A DNA stretch of 62,982 nucleotides, counting the filler, from Rhabdomonas costata (lineage: Eukaryota), in assembly GCA_019059605.1 (NCBI GenBank). It is 49 parts of 49 records of this genome, joined end to end, with 100 filler letters (N's around TTAATTAATTAA, not from the genome) between each part and the next. Parts side by side here need not be neighbours in the genome. Positions count along the whole stretch, not along the records: positions 38,638 to 39,825 come from JAHMHO010024423.1; positions 39,926 to 41,113 come from JAHMHO010024424.1; positions 41,214 to 42,401 come from JAHMHO010024425.1; positions 42,502 to 43,690 come from JAHMHO010024426.1; positions 43,791 to 44,977 come from JAHMHO010024427.1; positions 45,078 to 46,251 come from JAHMHO010024428.1; positions 46,352 to 47,540 come from JAHMHO010024429.1; positions 47,641 to 48,827 come from JAHMHO010024430.1; 41 more parts are not named here. One strand, given 5' to 3'. A program made the translations under genes and the position numbers. The notes below the pieces were generated by a model. It did not search any database. It was not told the DNA's origin and saw only the letters and a program-made list of their open reading frames with translations. Positions 39,603 through 51,000 of this stretch are shown here, in pieces. Each line of letters begins with the position of its first letter. The stretch's first letter is position 1.

Positions 39603-40660
39603 CTAAAATTGCACATGAGCTCCTCTCACGCCCCTCCACCATCGGCTGAAACCATCTTGGGCTCGCTCAGCAGCGGTTAGCTTGGATAATAGCCAACTTT
39701 CGTCGGATTCAGGACTGAAGCCTTCAAATTACGCCACTTCGAAGTAGTTTGAGTGCAAAAGCAAGTGGTGAGCCGATAATAGTTTGTGCGGGGACAGAAC
39801 CAATCATGAGGTCGCACCAACCCACNNNNNNNNNNNNNNNNNNNNNNNNNNNNNNNNNNNNNNNNNNNNTTAATTAATTAANNNNNNNNNNNNNNNNNNN
39901 NNNNNNNNNNNNNNNNNNNNNNNNNTTGGTGGTTTATCGCCTTCGTGTGGGAGACCGCTGGGTTTGTAGGTCTGCCGCGACTTGTGGGACGTTGCCACGG
40001 GGCAGGAGACACCGGGGCTCTTGACATTCCGGTGAGACTGCAGGAGGGCAACAGCCTGCGGAGGGGTCATATATTCACAAGTGTCGGTGAGGAGATGTCA
40101 CCATGCATACAGCCATGCATACAGACCAGGCGAGCGCAGAGAATTGGGGAACCCGTCGACTGATTGCCGAGGTTTCCCAGGAACCTTCGCCCAGCAGCAG
40201 AGCGGAAATTGTCACCCTCGAAAAAAAGCTCGCTCAGGAGGGCGCTGAAGGCAGAAAACATTTTCACAAGGGCAATGGCAATTTTACAGGGCTTGTTTCT
40301 TGTGGCCCCCCTACGGCTTTTCGGGTTTTTTATTCCCTGTGTCCTCATACGAGCGATTATTTTCCGTTTGTTCTGATGACGACTGTCACCACAATGGGCA
40401 CCATATGCCAAGTTAGGGATTTAGAGAATTGTCGTCTCAAATATTTCCCGGGTGCTTCCTCACCACAGTAATTTGGACTTGTACCCATCCCTGCGTGAGC
40501 TCCGGATGTTTTGGGGTTGTGCTTCCGCTCTCAAATTCTTGTGTCAGTAGTAATGTGTTTGAGCACCCGAGGCCTTAGGATCCGATAACAAGAAGGATTC
40601 TTTCTGATTTTTCTGGTGTGCTTATGTGTGGGTTGAAGTGCAATTCGATATGGGGGGCAG

Positions 40661-40759
40661 TTTTGAGATGGTCAGTGTGATCTATGAGAAGATCCACTCC
40701 TTCGCCGTGGACGTCGTGCTGGTGCTGGTGGGGAACAAGTGTGACCTGGAGAGAGATAG
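40661..40759 (+). CDS. Ras-family small GTPase exon (Rheb-like)
   Basis: SFEMVSVIYEKI..LVLVGNKCDL (G4 NKxD); CAG / GT sites. Confidence 0.85.
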
Positions 40760-42943
40760 GTCCGTCACCCCATTTCCCTTCCTTTCACTCTCTCCCATAG
40801 GATGCATGCATCTCATTTGCGCACGAATGTCTTCCTGCTATCCTTTGTGGAAGTCTCTCGCCGACCTGGTAGTGGTCGCCGCATATTTTTTTGGTGTGCT
40901 GCTTGCATTCGTCAAAGAAGTCAAGGACTAGGGTGGAACTTCGCTGTGCGGTCTCGTTGAAGCTTGGATGAGAAGAAATAATGGGAACCAGCAAGGAAGA
41001 ACAGCTAACAGTTGGCAGGCGTATGGAATAAGGCTACTGCAGGGTGGCTACTTTTAGGCCTTACAATGGTTGCGCAAGTGACATCCGACTGCCACGCACA
41101 TCTGCACCCCCCCNNNNNNNNNNNNNNNNNNNNNNNNNNNNNNNNNNNNNNNNNNNNTTAATTAATTAANNNNNNNNNNNNNNNNNNNNNNNNNNNNNNN
41201 NNNNNNNNNNNNNGTTGGGGTTGTTTATTATCCATTTTTCCACCATCTTGTGGTCGTTTTTCCAGTTATGCAGCGGTCAGAGGGGTCTGAATGAACCCTC
41301 CTTCACCCTTGTTGCGGCGCAGGTTGCGTACTGCGAGCCGGAGTCCTGTGTGTGGGGAGGGGCTTTCTGGTTCTGCATGGCGGAGATGCTTGCGCTGTTC
41401 CTGGTTTTTGTCGCGCTTCTGGTGGCGCGGTACCTGACCTGTGGGTCACCGCCCGCCAGCGTCTCCGTGATCAGCGATTCCAGAGTGTGCCACCTCGCCT
41501 TGACCCTCGCTGTGGTGCACGTCGACGTCCCTTTTCTTGTTTGACTTAGGCACAGTTGTGTTTCTTTATTCGCGTTTGTGTGTTTGTGCGATGAAGAGAC
41601 GAAAGGGGACCATACACACATGTGAAGGAGAGCGGTGATGAAAAAGAAAAGCTATCACACCAGACGTGGGGTGCCGGCTCAACAACAGAAGTCTCACTGC
41701 TATTAAAAGTGACAGTAATCCAAGCACCACTCGATGCCCCAAGGAGGCTCGAAAAACTTTGAACACTAAGTTAGTAATTAATTGCTTCGCGCCTCGAAGA
41801 TGTTGTACTTCCCATGTGAAATTGACGATTGGTCTCCTCAGCTCTCCTGACAGAATCCCAGCAAAAGCAACTGACAATATATGATACATTGTGGTAAAGA
41901 TAAAGTGTTCGCTAACAATAGTTGGTTACCTAACCCTCTTCTAATGCTAGCAGGCCCGAGGGGCGCAGCAAATGCCGAACACCCCAGTTGTTATTTCATG
42001 GCGTTCCAGGTGTGCCTTCAGCCTGATCGCCGCTCCGGGGAGTCCATCTTTCAGAACTATCCCTGGAGCACCCCCGCTCCTCCAGGGGTCGGGGTATGTA
42101 TGATCGCATCGCGAGCGCCCGATTTTGATTCCTCGCAGCTACTCTGCTCTCCCCATCTGGCTTACCGCAAATGTCATATCATAAGCTTTTCACTGACGTC
42201 CTCTCCTGCAGCTCAACTCCCGCCTTCTTTGCATTTGTCTTTTTTTTCCCTTTTCTATTTTCGAAGCGTGGACCGTGGGAATGGATGGCCGTGATGCTGA
42301 GCTGTCTGTCTTTGTCCGTCAGTCAGTCTTGCAGCTGAAAAAGTGCAGTGGCCACATACGCACCCTCCCCGTCGTGTACCGAGGTTTTGCGCACAAAAAA
42401 CNNNNNNNNNNNNNNNNNNNNNNNNNNNNNNNNNNNNNNNNNNNNTTAATTAATTAANNNNNNNNNNNNNNNNNNNNNNNNNNNNNNNNNNNNNNNNNNN
42501 NGTGGTGGGTGTGTTTGGGTTTTGTGGGGAAATAAGAGGAGAGGGGGATATGTCTCGAATCATAGGGAGGGGGATACGTCTCTTGACAAAGAGGGAGGTG
42601 GTTTTGTCTCGAAACATACGGGGGTGATGTCTCCAGACATATTTGGCGGATAAAGTGCTTGGATTCCCTTGGGTGGAGCAAAAATTCTTGGGTCCATTTC
42701 TTCCACCCGGATTTATGTGCACCATTGATATGCATATATATATATCATCGCTCAGGCGTGATGGAGAAGGCAACTCTGGGTCCCACCCCAACCAGGAATG
42801 GGAAACATGAGGACCAGCAGGTACCGAAGGTTGGGAACATGTTGCCTGAAGATGCCCGGAGTCCCGAGACCAAAGATGTTATGTTGGCTGGAGAAAGGTC
42901 TGTCGCTCTCACACGCACACGCACACAACCACACAAATCACAC

Positions 42944-43690
42944 CAGTAAAAGCGAAAGTAACCTCCCCTTGGGGCACGCTGGCGAGGATCCGGGCCCGCG
43001 CCTGCCGCTGCCGCCGCACCCGCACCGCGTAATACAACCCTAGCATCATGGCTAAGGCCAAAGGCAGCGCAACGGCCAGCCAGACCCACCACTGTGAGGT
43101 CGCCAGCACCACACACTGCGGGGGCGCCACGCTGCCATCGTACACCAGGGTGGGGGCACAGGCCTCGCAGCCTCCCTGTGAGCCACAGAACGTTTAGTAG
43201 GCCGGTATTTTTTACAATTCTACATTAATTTAGTCCATTCAGTTTTTTTTCGCAATTTTTTGTAGTTTAAAAAACGAATGTATCACAAGAGTTCTTGCAA
43301 TGGCTGACGTTCCGCTACAAACAGACAATTTAGAAAGAAGGGAAAGAAGGGAGAAGAATCTGGGGTAGAATGCAAAAGACAAATAGTAATCGAGTGAGCC
43401 CGGAAAGAAAATTTCGAGGGTGTGAAGGAGGAGGTAGAAGAATGGGATCTTTGGGATGGTCTCTGCAATAATTACTTCGGAAATAAGAGGGGAAGGACAG
43501 CGTGCGCGCGAAAGGAGGGGAGAGTAAAGGGGTGCAAAATGTGGCAGGAACACACACACACACACACACACACACTTACACACACACTTACACACACACA
43601 CACCGCAAAGTTCAGAACAAACGGTGCGGGGCAGCTCGTGCAGACCATCCCCGCGACCGTCACCACCCGCGTCCCATCGCACACACACAC
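42944..43690 (-). CDS. Receptor-type nucleotide cyclase (Cys-rich ectodomain, TM helix, start of cyclase); exons 43690-43604 and 43175-42944
   Basis: CTSCPAPF..|GGCEACAP, TM WVWLAVALPLALAMMLGLYY, then PQGEVTFAFT(D); phase-0 GT-AG intron 43603-43176. Confidence 0.8.
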
Positions 43691-43875
43691 NNNNNNNNNN
43701 NNNNNNNNNNNNNNNNNNNNNNNNNNNNNNNNNNTTAATTAATTAANNNNNNNNNNNNNNNNNNNNNNNNNNNNNNNNNNNNNNNNNNNNTGGGACAAGG
43801 AGTTCCGAAGGCCAGCGCCGCGGCGTCCGCCGCGCGGCCGTAGCAGGCGGATGGGGTGGGACCTTCAATGGGCGA

Positions 43876-43947
43876 ATGCTCCGTTTAGCACTGCTAAACG
43901 AAGGGGTTAGGTACGCAATTTGTGTCAACTGTGTCAACTGTGTCAAC
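43876..43947. repeat. Palindrome copy 2 followed by (TGTGTCAAC)x3
   Basis: Visible directly. Confidence 0.9.
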
Positions 43948-44841
43948 TACCTCGAGCCATCCACCTCCCCAATCCCACAACATGTGCCCAGAATTCCCAA
44001 AGCGAGACTCTCACCTTCGTACGAACCCCCACATACTATGACCGAAAGTATACCAGAGACAAGCGGGCCTACGGCCACACTCTCGCTACGCTCGTTCCAG
44101 CTGCTGGACGGAAACCGGATACCGAGGCGAAAGCAAACGAAGAGAGAAAAAGAATGAAGGAGGGAGCGTCGCGCCCGTGGTACCGAAGGCCACTCCCACG
44201 CTTGCGCTCCTGTAATTGGTGAACCTTGCGAGGTTTACCGATGCCGTACCCGAACGCTTTTGGAACATGCAAACCAGTTCGATTGACCAAATGTCGGCGG
44301 ACCGAAGAATGGTGAAAAACGCACATTTCGGGAGGAGGAGGTGTGAATGTGAATGCCTGCACAGCTGGGGGTTCGGCAAGGGACGTACGTGACACAAGGA
44401 CTCGATGGACCTTCCCGGTGTGTTCCGCTTCTATCTATTGTCTCAAATCCGGGGAATACTTGTTCCAACTGTGTCCCCCACCGCCTTTGTTAACAATGTT
44501 AATTTATAACTTGATCCACTCCACCAAAAGTCCGATGCATCAACGGGAGGATTTGCAGTTACAAAAGTTTCATCAGTCCATTCTTAACTTGGTACGGACA
44601 AACATTTTCGCCACTCATGGGGGGATGGGAAAGATGTTCAGCTTATCCTGTCCTCACATTCCGGCCCCAGTTTCTCGGTTCATGGCCACCTACCTCAGCT
44701 TTCCAGAGAACCTACTCAAAAAGCAGGAACTGATTCGCATTGCCTGCCTCAGCAGGTTCCACATAATACGAGACACGATAATATCTATTAAACTGTATCG
44801 GAAAATGCACACTTTCTTCTAACGGTATGTTGAGATGAAGA

Positions 44842-44969
44842 GTCAGCCTCGGTATTTCACTTTATTGAAGGCATCCTCGGCCCATCCGAGCCTTTTGATG
44901 ATAGCGCCATCATCAAAAGGCTCGGATGGGCCGAGGATGCCTTCAATAAAGTGAAATACCGAGGCTGAC
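44842..44969. repeat. Perfect hairpin with arms of about 61 bp at the contig end, probable WGA fold-back
   Basis: Arms flank a 6-nt loop AGCGCC. Confidence 0.9.
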
Positions 44970-45077
44970 AACCCACCNNNNNNNNNNNNNNNNNNNNNNN
45001 NNNNNNNNNNNNNNNNNNNNNTTAATTAATTAANNNNNNNNNNNNNNNNNNNNNNNNNNNNNNNNNNNNNNNNNNNN

Positions 45078-46027
45078 GTTGGGGTGGTTGGGGACCAGAG
45101 GCACACGACGGCGAATGTACTCTGTGATTCTGCTGCAGTCCGGGCACAGCAGGTACTCCTTGGCGTGGTCCAGGGTGACCTTCTCCAGCACTTCCGCCAT
45201 GGGCTTGCTGGGCTGCTCATCCGCATCAAGGTCAGCCTTGTCCTGCCTCTCCGTCAGCCCAGCGCCGTACTTCTCGGGGTTCACCACGGTCACCTTGGGG
45301 GCCTTGATCCGCTCCAGCTCCTCATTGGCCTCCTCGAGCTTCTCCTGGAGATCCTTCACCTTCACACGAAGCTCCAAATTCTATGCGCAGGAGATGAGAG
45401 TCACACACAGAAAGACGACCTTAACACAACCCAACCACTTTCATTTTGGCCATACCTCCGCTTTGACGCGGGTGGTGTCGTGCACAGCCTGGGCAGACTC
45501 GGCTTCAGAGTCGCTGCTACCAGCGCTGCTGCTGTCATCGGAGGAAAGGCCCTCGGGGTGGCTCTGCAGCAGAGCTTGCAGGCGTTCAACCCGATGCTCC
45601 ATCAGCTTCAGCCCGCCCTCCTGAGCCGCGGAAAGACATGTACATACACACAGGAGTCGTGTACCTTCGTCAATTCCACTTGCCCACACCAATCCGTTCC
45701 ACGTGGGTGCGGATGAGTACGTTGTCTGCGTGCATGCAATGCTTTTCCCCATTGAGAGGCCTTCCTCTGCGATGTGATGTAGAAATGCATAAGGCCACGG
45801 AGCGCGCTGGGACGTGCACCAAAGAGAGAAAGAGAGCCCTTGGTGAAAGATAAGCAGAAGGGGGTATTGGCGGTGGCGTTAGGGTACTCCACGATGCTGC
45901 TTTGGAACGGAAGGTCAGAGGGCTCGTGCGGAGATTAGTGGGAAATGAGAAAATGCGCATTTCCATGTGTACCTGGCCACTCGCTTGGTAGCGCGCGACC
46001 ATCTGCTTGTGACGCTCCAGCAAGGCC
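45078..46027 (-). CDS. Three exons of a coiled-coil hypothetical protein
   Basis: AG/GT-bounded high-GC3 blocks: ALLERHKQMVARYQ, EGGLKLMEHRVERLQ, NLELRVKVKDLQEKLEE. Confidence 0.6.
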
Positions 46028-47094
46028 TGCAAACATTGCCGAAGGCTGCTCGGCTGCGAACAAAAAGAACAGCAGCAAAGGGTATTCGTCATAAAGGCGC
46101 ATATATATGAGACTGGGGTCTGGGATGCGGTAAAGAAGGCACTAACGTGGAAACAAGCACAGGTATCTGTGCGCCACGAGAACCCGCGTACACAACATAG
46201 AATCTTAATAGGCATACAAACATATGGGATGACTCAAACTCCCCCACAACCNNNNNNNNNNNNNNNNNNNNNNNNNNNNNNNNNNNNNNNNNNNNTTAAT
46301 TAATTAANNNNNNNNNNNNNNNNNNNNNNNNNNNNNNNNNNNNNNNNNNNNGGGTGTGGGGGTGTACGTGGGCTGCCCCGCGGTGCCAGCGATCTCAGTA
46401 AAGCTCGAGCTCGTGGGCTAAGGCACGAGAAACACACTTTCAGGTTGCCAGTGTGTGAAAAGTCAAAGCGGAAAAAAAACTTGCTGGCGCACCGGCAACG
46501 TCCAAGGTGGACAGAGTGCCAGCCTGCGGGCCTATCCCTTGAGATACGTGAAGGCGTCAAGGCTGCGATAAAGGTATCCTGACTAATTCTTCTATCAGCA
46601 CGAAGTACCCCACCGTATCGGAAACAGCCCGGCCTGCGCATTCTTGCACTGCAAACCGGCATGAAACGGTCTCATTTGCGCCGGCAGACCACCGCGTCGC
46701 GGCGCAGACGCTCGCGCTCGGGCTTTTCCAACAAATAGTTTTCAATGTTTACCCATAGGTCCTATAAAAAAGGGCGGCGAGAACACAAGGGGGGATCTTC
46801 TGAGAATCACACTGGAAGTGCGAAATCGAGAAGCGGGGAGATTTTCTTCTGTGTTATGCTTTGTATGTTTTTTTTATGTTTTTGGCGCGGGTACGCGAAG
46901 AGGAATGGTGGGGGAGTGAGGAGGGGGGCTGGGAGTGAGTTTGCAAGCGTAGATTTGTATCTTTGTATGTGTGTGTGTGTGTGTGTGTTCTGGGTTCTGG
47001 GGATCCTTTCAGGCGGGCCTATTTTTTCAGCCTGGGCCGCTAGCGTGTGGACCCTCCCCCCGTCCTCCCATGGGGTCCTCCCATGGGGTAGGGG

Positions 47095-47168
47095 ATGCTC
47101 CGTTTAGCGGTGCTAAACGACCGAACCGATGATTTTAGGGTACGGGAGTTATGGTATACTGTGTCAAA
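47095..47168. repeat. Palindrome copy 3 with flanks related to copy 2
   Basis: ATGCTCCGTTTAGCGGTGCTAAACGA..TTAGGGTACG..ACTGTGTCAA. Confidence 0.85.
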
Positions 47169-47659
47169 TGCAGCAAACCGGCAAAATAACATAACAAACT
47201 GTTTTTCCACCCCTAGACAGACATAATATATAAAGTACGTTGCACCGTAAACTCAGAACTCCACCAAAAGCTGCCCCCAGATTCAAACACGAACTCTATA
47301 CACCCCACTCCTCAAATATCCTTCCACAGAGCTTCACAATTCGCTTCAAAATCCAGCACAAACGCGGAATGACCCCCAAAAAGCCGCGCCTTCGGCGCAT
47401 CATTCACCTAGCAGTTCTCCATATATCACCGATTTTTCAGCTCGCGCGCGCCCCAGAAAACATTTCGGGTTAACCACATGCCACGTCCCCGGACAGCGGC
47501 ATGTATATAGACTAAATGACTTCGAATGGAAAACCCCACANNNNNNNNNNNNNNNNNNNNNNNNNNNNNNNNNNNNNNNNNNNNTTAATTAATTAANNNN
47601 NNNNNNNNNNNNNNNNNNNNNNNNNNNNNNNNNNNNNNNNCGCAGGCGCAGGAGTGTGG

Positions 47660-48043
47660 TATTGTGTCCCCACAAGTGCATAGCAGAGAGAAGTTGAGAA
47701 TGTGAAGTTCATCGTGTACAGCAGCTTCAGGGCCATCACCAAGCAAACAACGCATACGACATTTAGCACAATCAATGAACCAATGGGACGCGATCCAAGC
47801 GTACTTAAACCATTGCTGCCGCCGCCAGTGCACACCCCAACACTGGCACAGCTTCCAGTCAGCGATCCTGAAGACCCACCGCCCGATGCACTTGGCGTTC
47901 CAGCAACCTTAACAACAAGTAATGGTTGAGCCGACTGCATAAGGCCCGGTGTACTTCCGCATTCGATAGAATCAACCTCTGCCAGAGGATTCGCAAAAAT
48001 GGGGCCACAGCGAGTCTTAGCCGATACAAATGATTTCTGAGGC
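47660..48043 (-). CDS. DMT/TPT-family (SLC35-like) transporter N-terminal exon
   Basis: LIVLNVVCVVCLVMALKLLYTMNFTFSTSL resembles TM1-2 of TPT-family transporters. Confidence 0.5.
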
Positions 48044-51000
48044 TGCATCAAAAAGAAGAAAGTACTCAAACAAGGGTAAATTCCAATAATTCTGCAAAAC
48101 GAAAACGAAGCTCACCGCAGATGCACTTCCGAAAGCAATCATTGCCGAGACCCAGCAGGGCGAAAACCGGGTCTTGTGTGGGCCCATCCTATTTACTGAG
48201 CAATTCCTCGCTGTGCCGCTGTGCCCCTGTTCAGCAGTCGAGTCCTGTTTCGCATTCGAGTCCCATTTGAATGCCAGGGTATCAGCTTGCGGTTGCTTCT
48301 CCTTACTTGCGCACCCCAGGGAGAAAAACTGTTGTCAGATGAGAGAGGAGAGGTGTTTCTACAACCGCTGTGACGTTGCCCAATGTTATACGCGTTCTGG
48401 GCTCTGGGCAGCGCTTAACAGCGCTTAATAGACAAGGTCTTTCGCGCATGCCGTAAAAGTATTAATGTCGGTTCAGCACAGTACAAATATGGTTCAAATT
48501 ATATTCGTCAAGTTAAACCTCTATTTGATAATCCAATGTTTTCTATCTTGAAAAGATGACTTGGCCCCGAGAGACAGGAATGGAGAGGGCAGAACAAAAA
48601 GCAAACAAGAAACATCAAACAAACAGGCCGCGGTGTTCAAGGGCAGACAACTCGCGCGGCGCGCAGAACCGTCCCCAAAAGTCTCCAAAGCTGCGCGCAA
48701 TGATCAACACAAGAAATATGGGCGGCCGAGGGGAACGGAGAGCACCCCCTCCACCCCTTTCTGCCTCACACAGACGCCCCATACAACGGAGACAGAAGAC
48801 CACACCCCAACCAAGCACACCCAACACNNNNNNNNNNNNNNNNNNNNNNNNNNNNNNNNNNNNNNNNNNNNTTAATTAATTAANNNNNNNNNNNNNNNNN
48901 NNNNNNNNNNNNNNNNNNNNNNNNNNNCCCCCCGCCCCCTGCTGGTCCAGGTTAGTGAGTGGTTTAAATCAATGGAGGCGGTGGTAACATTCGTTTGGTC
49001 CGGCCCAAACGAACCAGATTTTGGATGCGCTGGTATTGACGAGCAGGCTCTCAGCTCAGATCCCAAGTGAGGCTTCTTAGTCCATATGGATTGTATTTGC
49101 GTTCGCATGCCCCGCTATCGCGGGCGGGCGGGTTGTGGGGGCGGAACGAATTATTAAGCGGGGTTGTAGGCAACCGCTTTTGAATTCTGGCTGCCAATGG
49201 ACAGGCACAGTTTTTTTATTTTTATGGGGACAGGGGGCCTTAAAGTGTTAGTGCCGGGATTGTGGATCAATAAGGCTTGTATTATGTGAGGTTATGGTGG
49301 GGCAGCGGCCCCTCCGCAGCCGGAGCGGAGGAAGGAACTGTTGACGTGCGAATGAAAGGGCACAAAAGTGTACAAGGTTTTATTCGTCATCGCCGTTTTA
49401 CGGCGTGAAACGTTTAATTGCTCTCCCCTCCAACCAAAAATGCAAAAGCCCCCTTGCAAACGGAGGCAGACCCCATCACTGATCTTTCGCCTTCTGCCCA
49501 CGTCCACAAAGCAGAAAGTTACACGTGCCGACTCTGCACGGCTCCCTCGTTCGGAAAAGCCTTTGTTTACGGTACTTGACCCACGACGCGCGCTGCGTGT
49601 CGCATTTCAGGTTGCACTCTTTCGGCGGCATTCACATTTTCGGATCTGTTTTCGCCTCGTTTCACTTCCCATAAACCTTTTGCTGCAAGAAAACAGATGC
49701 CAGTGGACCCTTCAGCCCCTCGGGGCTGGAGCCTCGCATTTGCGCTGCTACTGGTGGTAGGGCTTCATCCCATTCCTGTTCTTGCAGCCCAAGGGATGCC
49801 TCTCCCCACCACAGCCCGCGGTGTCTACGGGGGGCGGTTGGCTGGGAGCCTCGAAAGCGTCCATGGCGGCAATCGCCCAGATGGCGGAAAGGGGCTTCCC
49901 ATGGGTGCTGCCTCCCTCCCTGCACTAGCCACCCCCAGTGCTTCCACCTGCCCGCTCATCGTCGGACCCGTTGTCGCATCTACCAGTTGCTGTTCTGTAT
50001 TTTTTTTTCGTGGATGCAGTGCGCTCACTTCTGGAAACGTTTTGAACTAGGTTATGAAGGCTTTGCCTTCCCATGCCTACTTTCAGAAGTGAGCGCACTG
50101 CATCCACCAAAAAANNNNNNNNNNNNNNNNNNNNNNNNNNNNNNNNNNNNNNNNNNNNTTAATTAATTAANNNNNNNNNNNNNNNNNNNNNNNNNNNNNN
50201 NNNNNNNNNNNNNNTTTTTGTTGTATGCCGGCAGTTGCGCTGAAAGACATACGGTGCACGGACATCACGCACCTGTAGTTTGCGGTAACTCTAGTTTGTA
50301 GTTTGCGTTCATGTCACAGTATGTGTGACCGCACCTGCCGCGGCTGCTGCATATCACTTACATATAATAAGGACACTATTCCTCCGAAATCGAACTCGGT
50401 CCTCCGTGACAGAAACGGAAACGCTTTCCTCCCGTACCACATCCGTCGTGGCGTCGTGGGACCTATCTGCCGCGTGCCCAAACACCAACACCAGGGAGGA
50501 AAAGGTCCGTAAATCGTAGTGATCTTAAATTGGGACAGGAAAAAGTTTCCGCACCTGAGAGAAGACCCACCGACTCCGTCTTTTCGCACATATACCCGAC
50601 AAGTGGAGCCAGAAAAGACGCAGGGGCGTTCTCACCGGGATCACGGCTTCGTGCGGCCCTTGCTATCGCACAGCACAGAGCGTTTCCATTGCAATTGATC
50701 ATCGAGGGGGGCAGGGGATACAGTTACAGGAGGAAGGAGGCGCACGGCGAACCTCCACAGCGCAATCTTCACCCAACAACGAGGTGGCAGGGCTTCCCTC
50801 CCTCCATCCCGTCTGCACTCACGCCTTTCTCCCTTCCATTCCCTTCCCATTCGTAGCGTTGCATGCTTTCCTCCTTCCTGGTTTCGCTTTTCCTATCAGA
50901 GCACATGGACCATCGCCTCGCAGTCCACAAAGAACCGCCCGAAACACCGCAGGTACACCTGCAATGCCACGGAGCGCTGCGCGCTGAGCCCAGGGATGGG

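Noticed and set aside
49988..50012. CTGTATTTTTTTTTCG resembling the Euglena spliced-leader 3' end
   Set aside because: The match is mostly a T-run. The upstream SL sequence does not match and no SL RNA context is evident.
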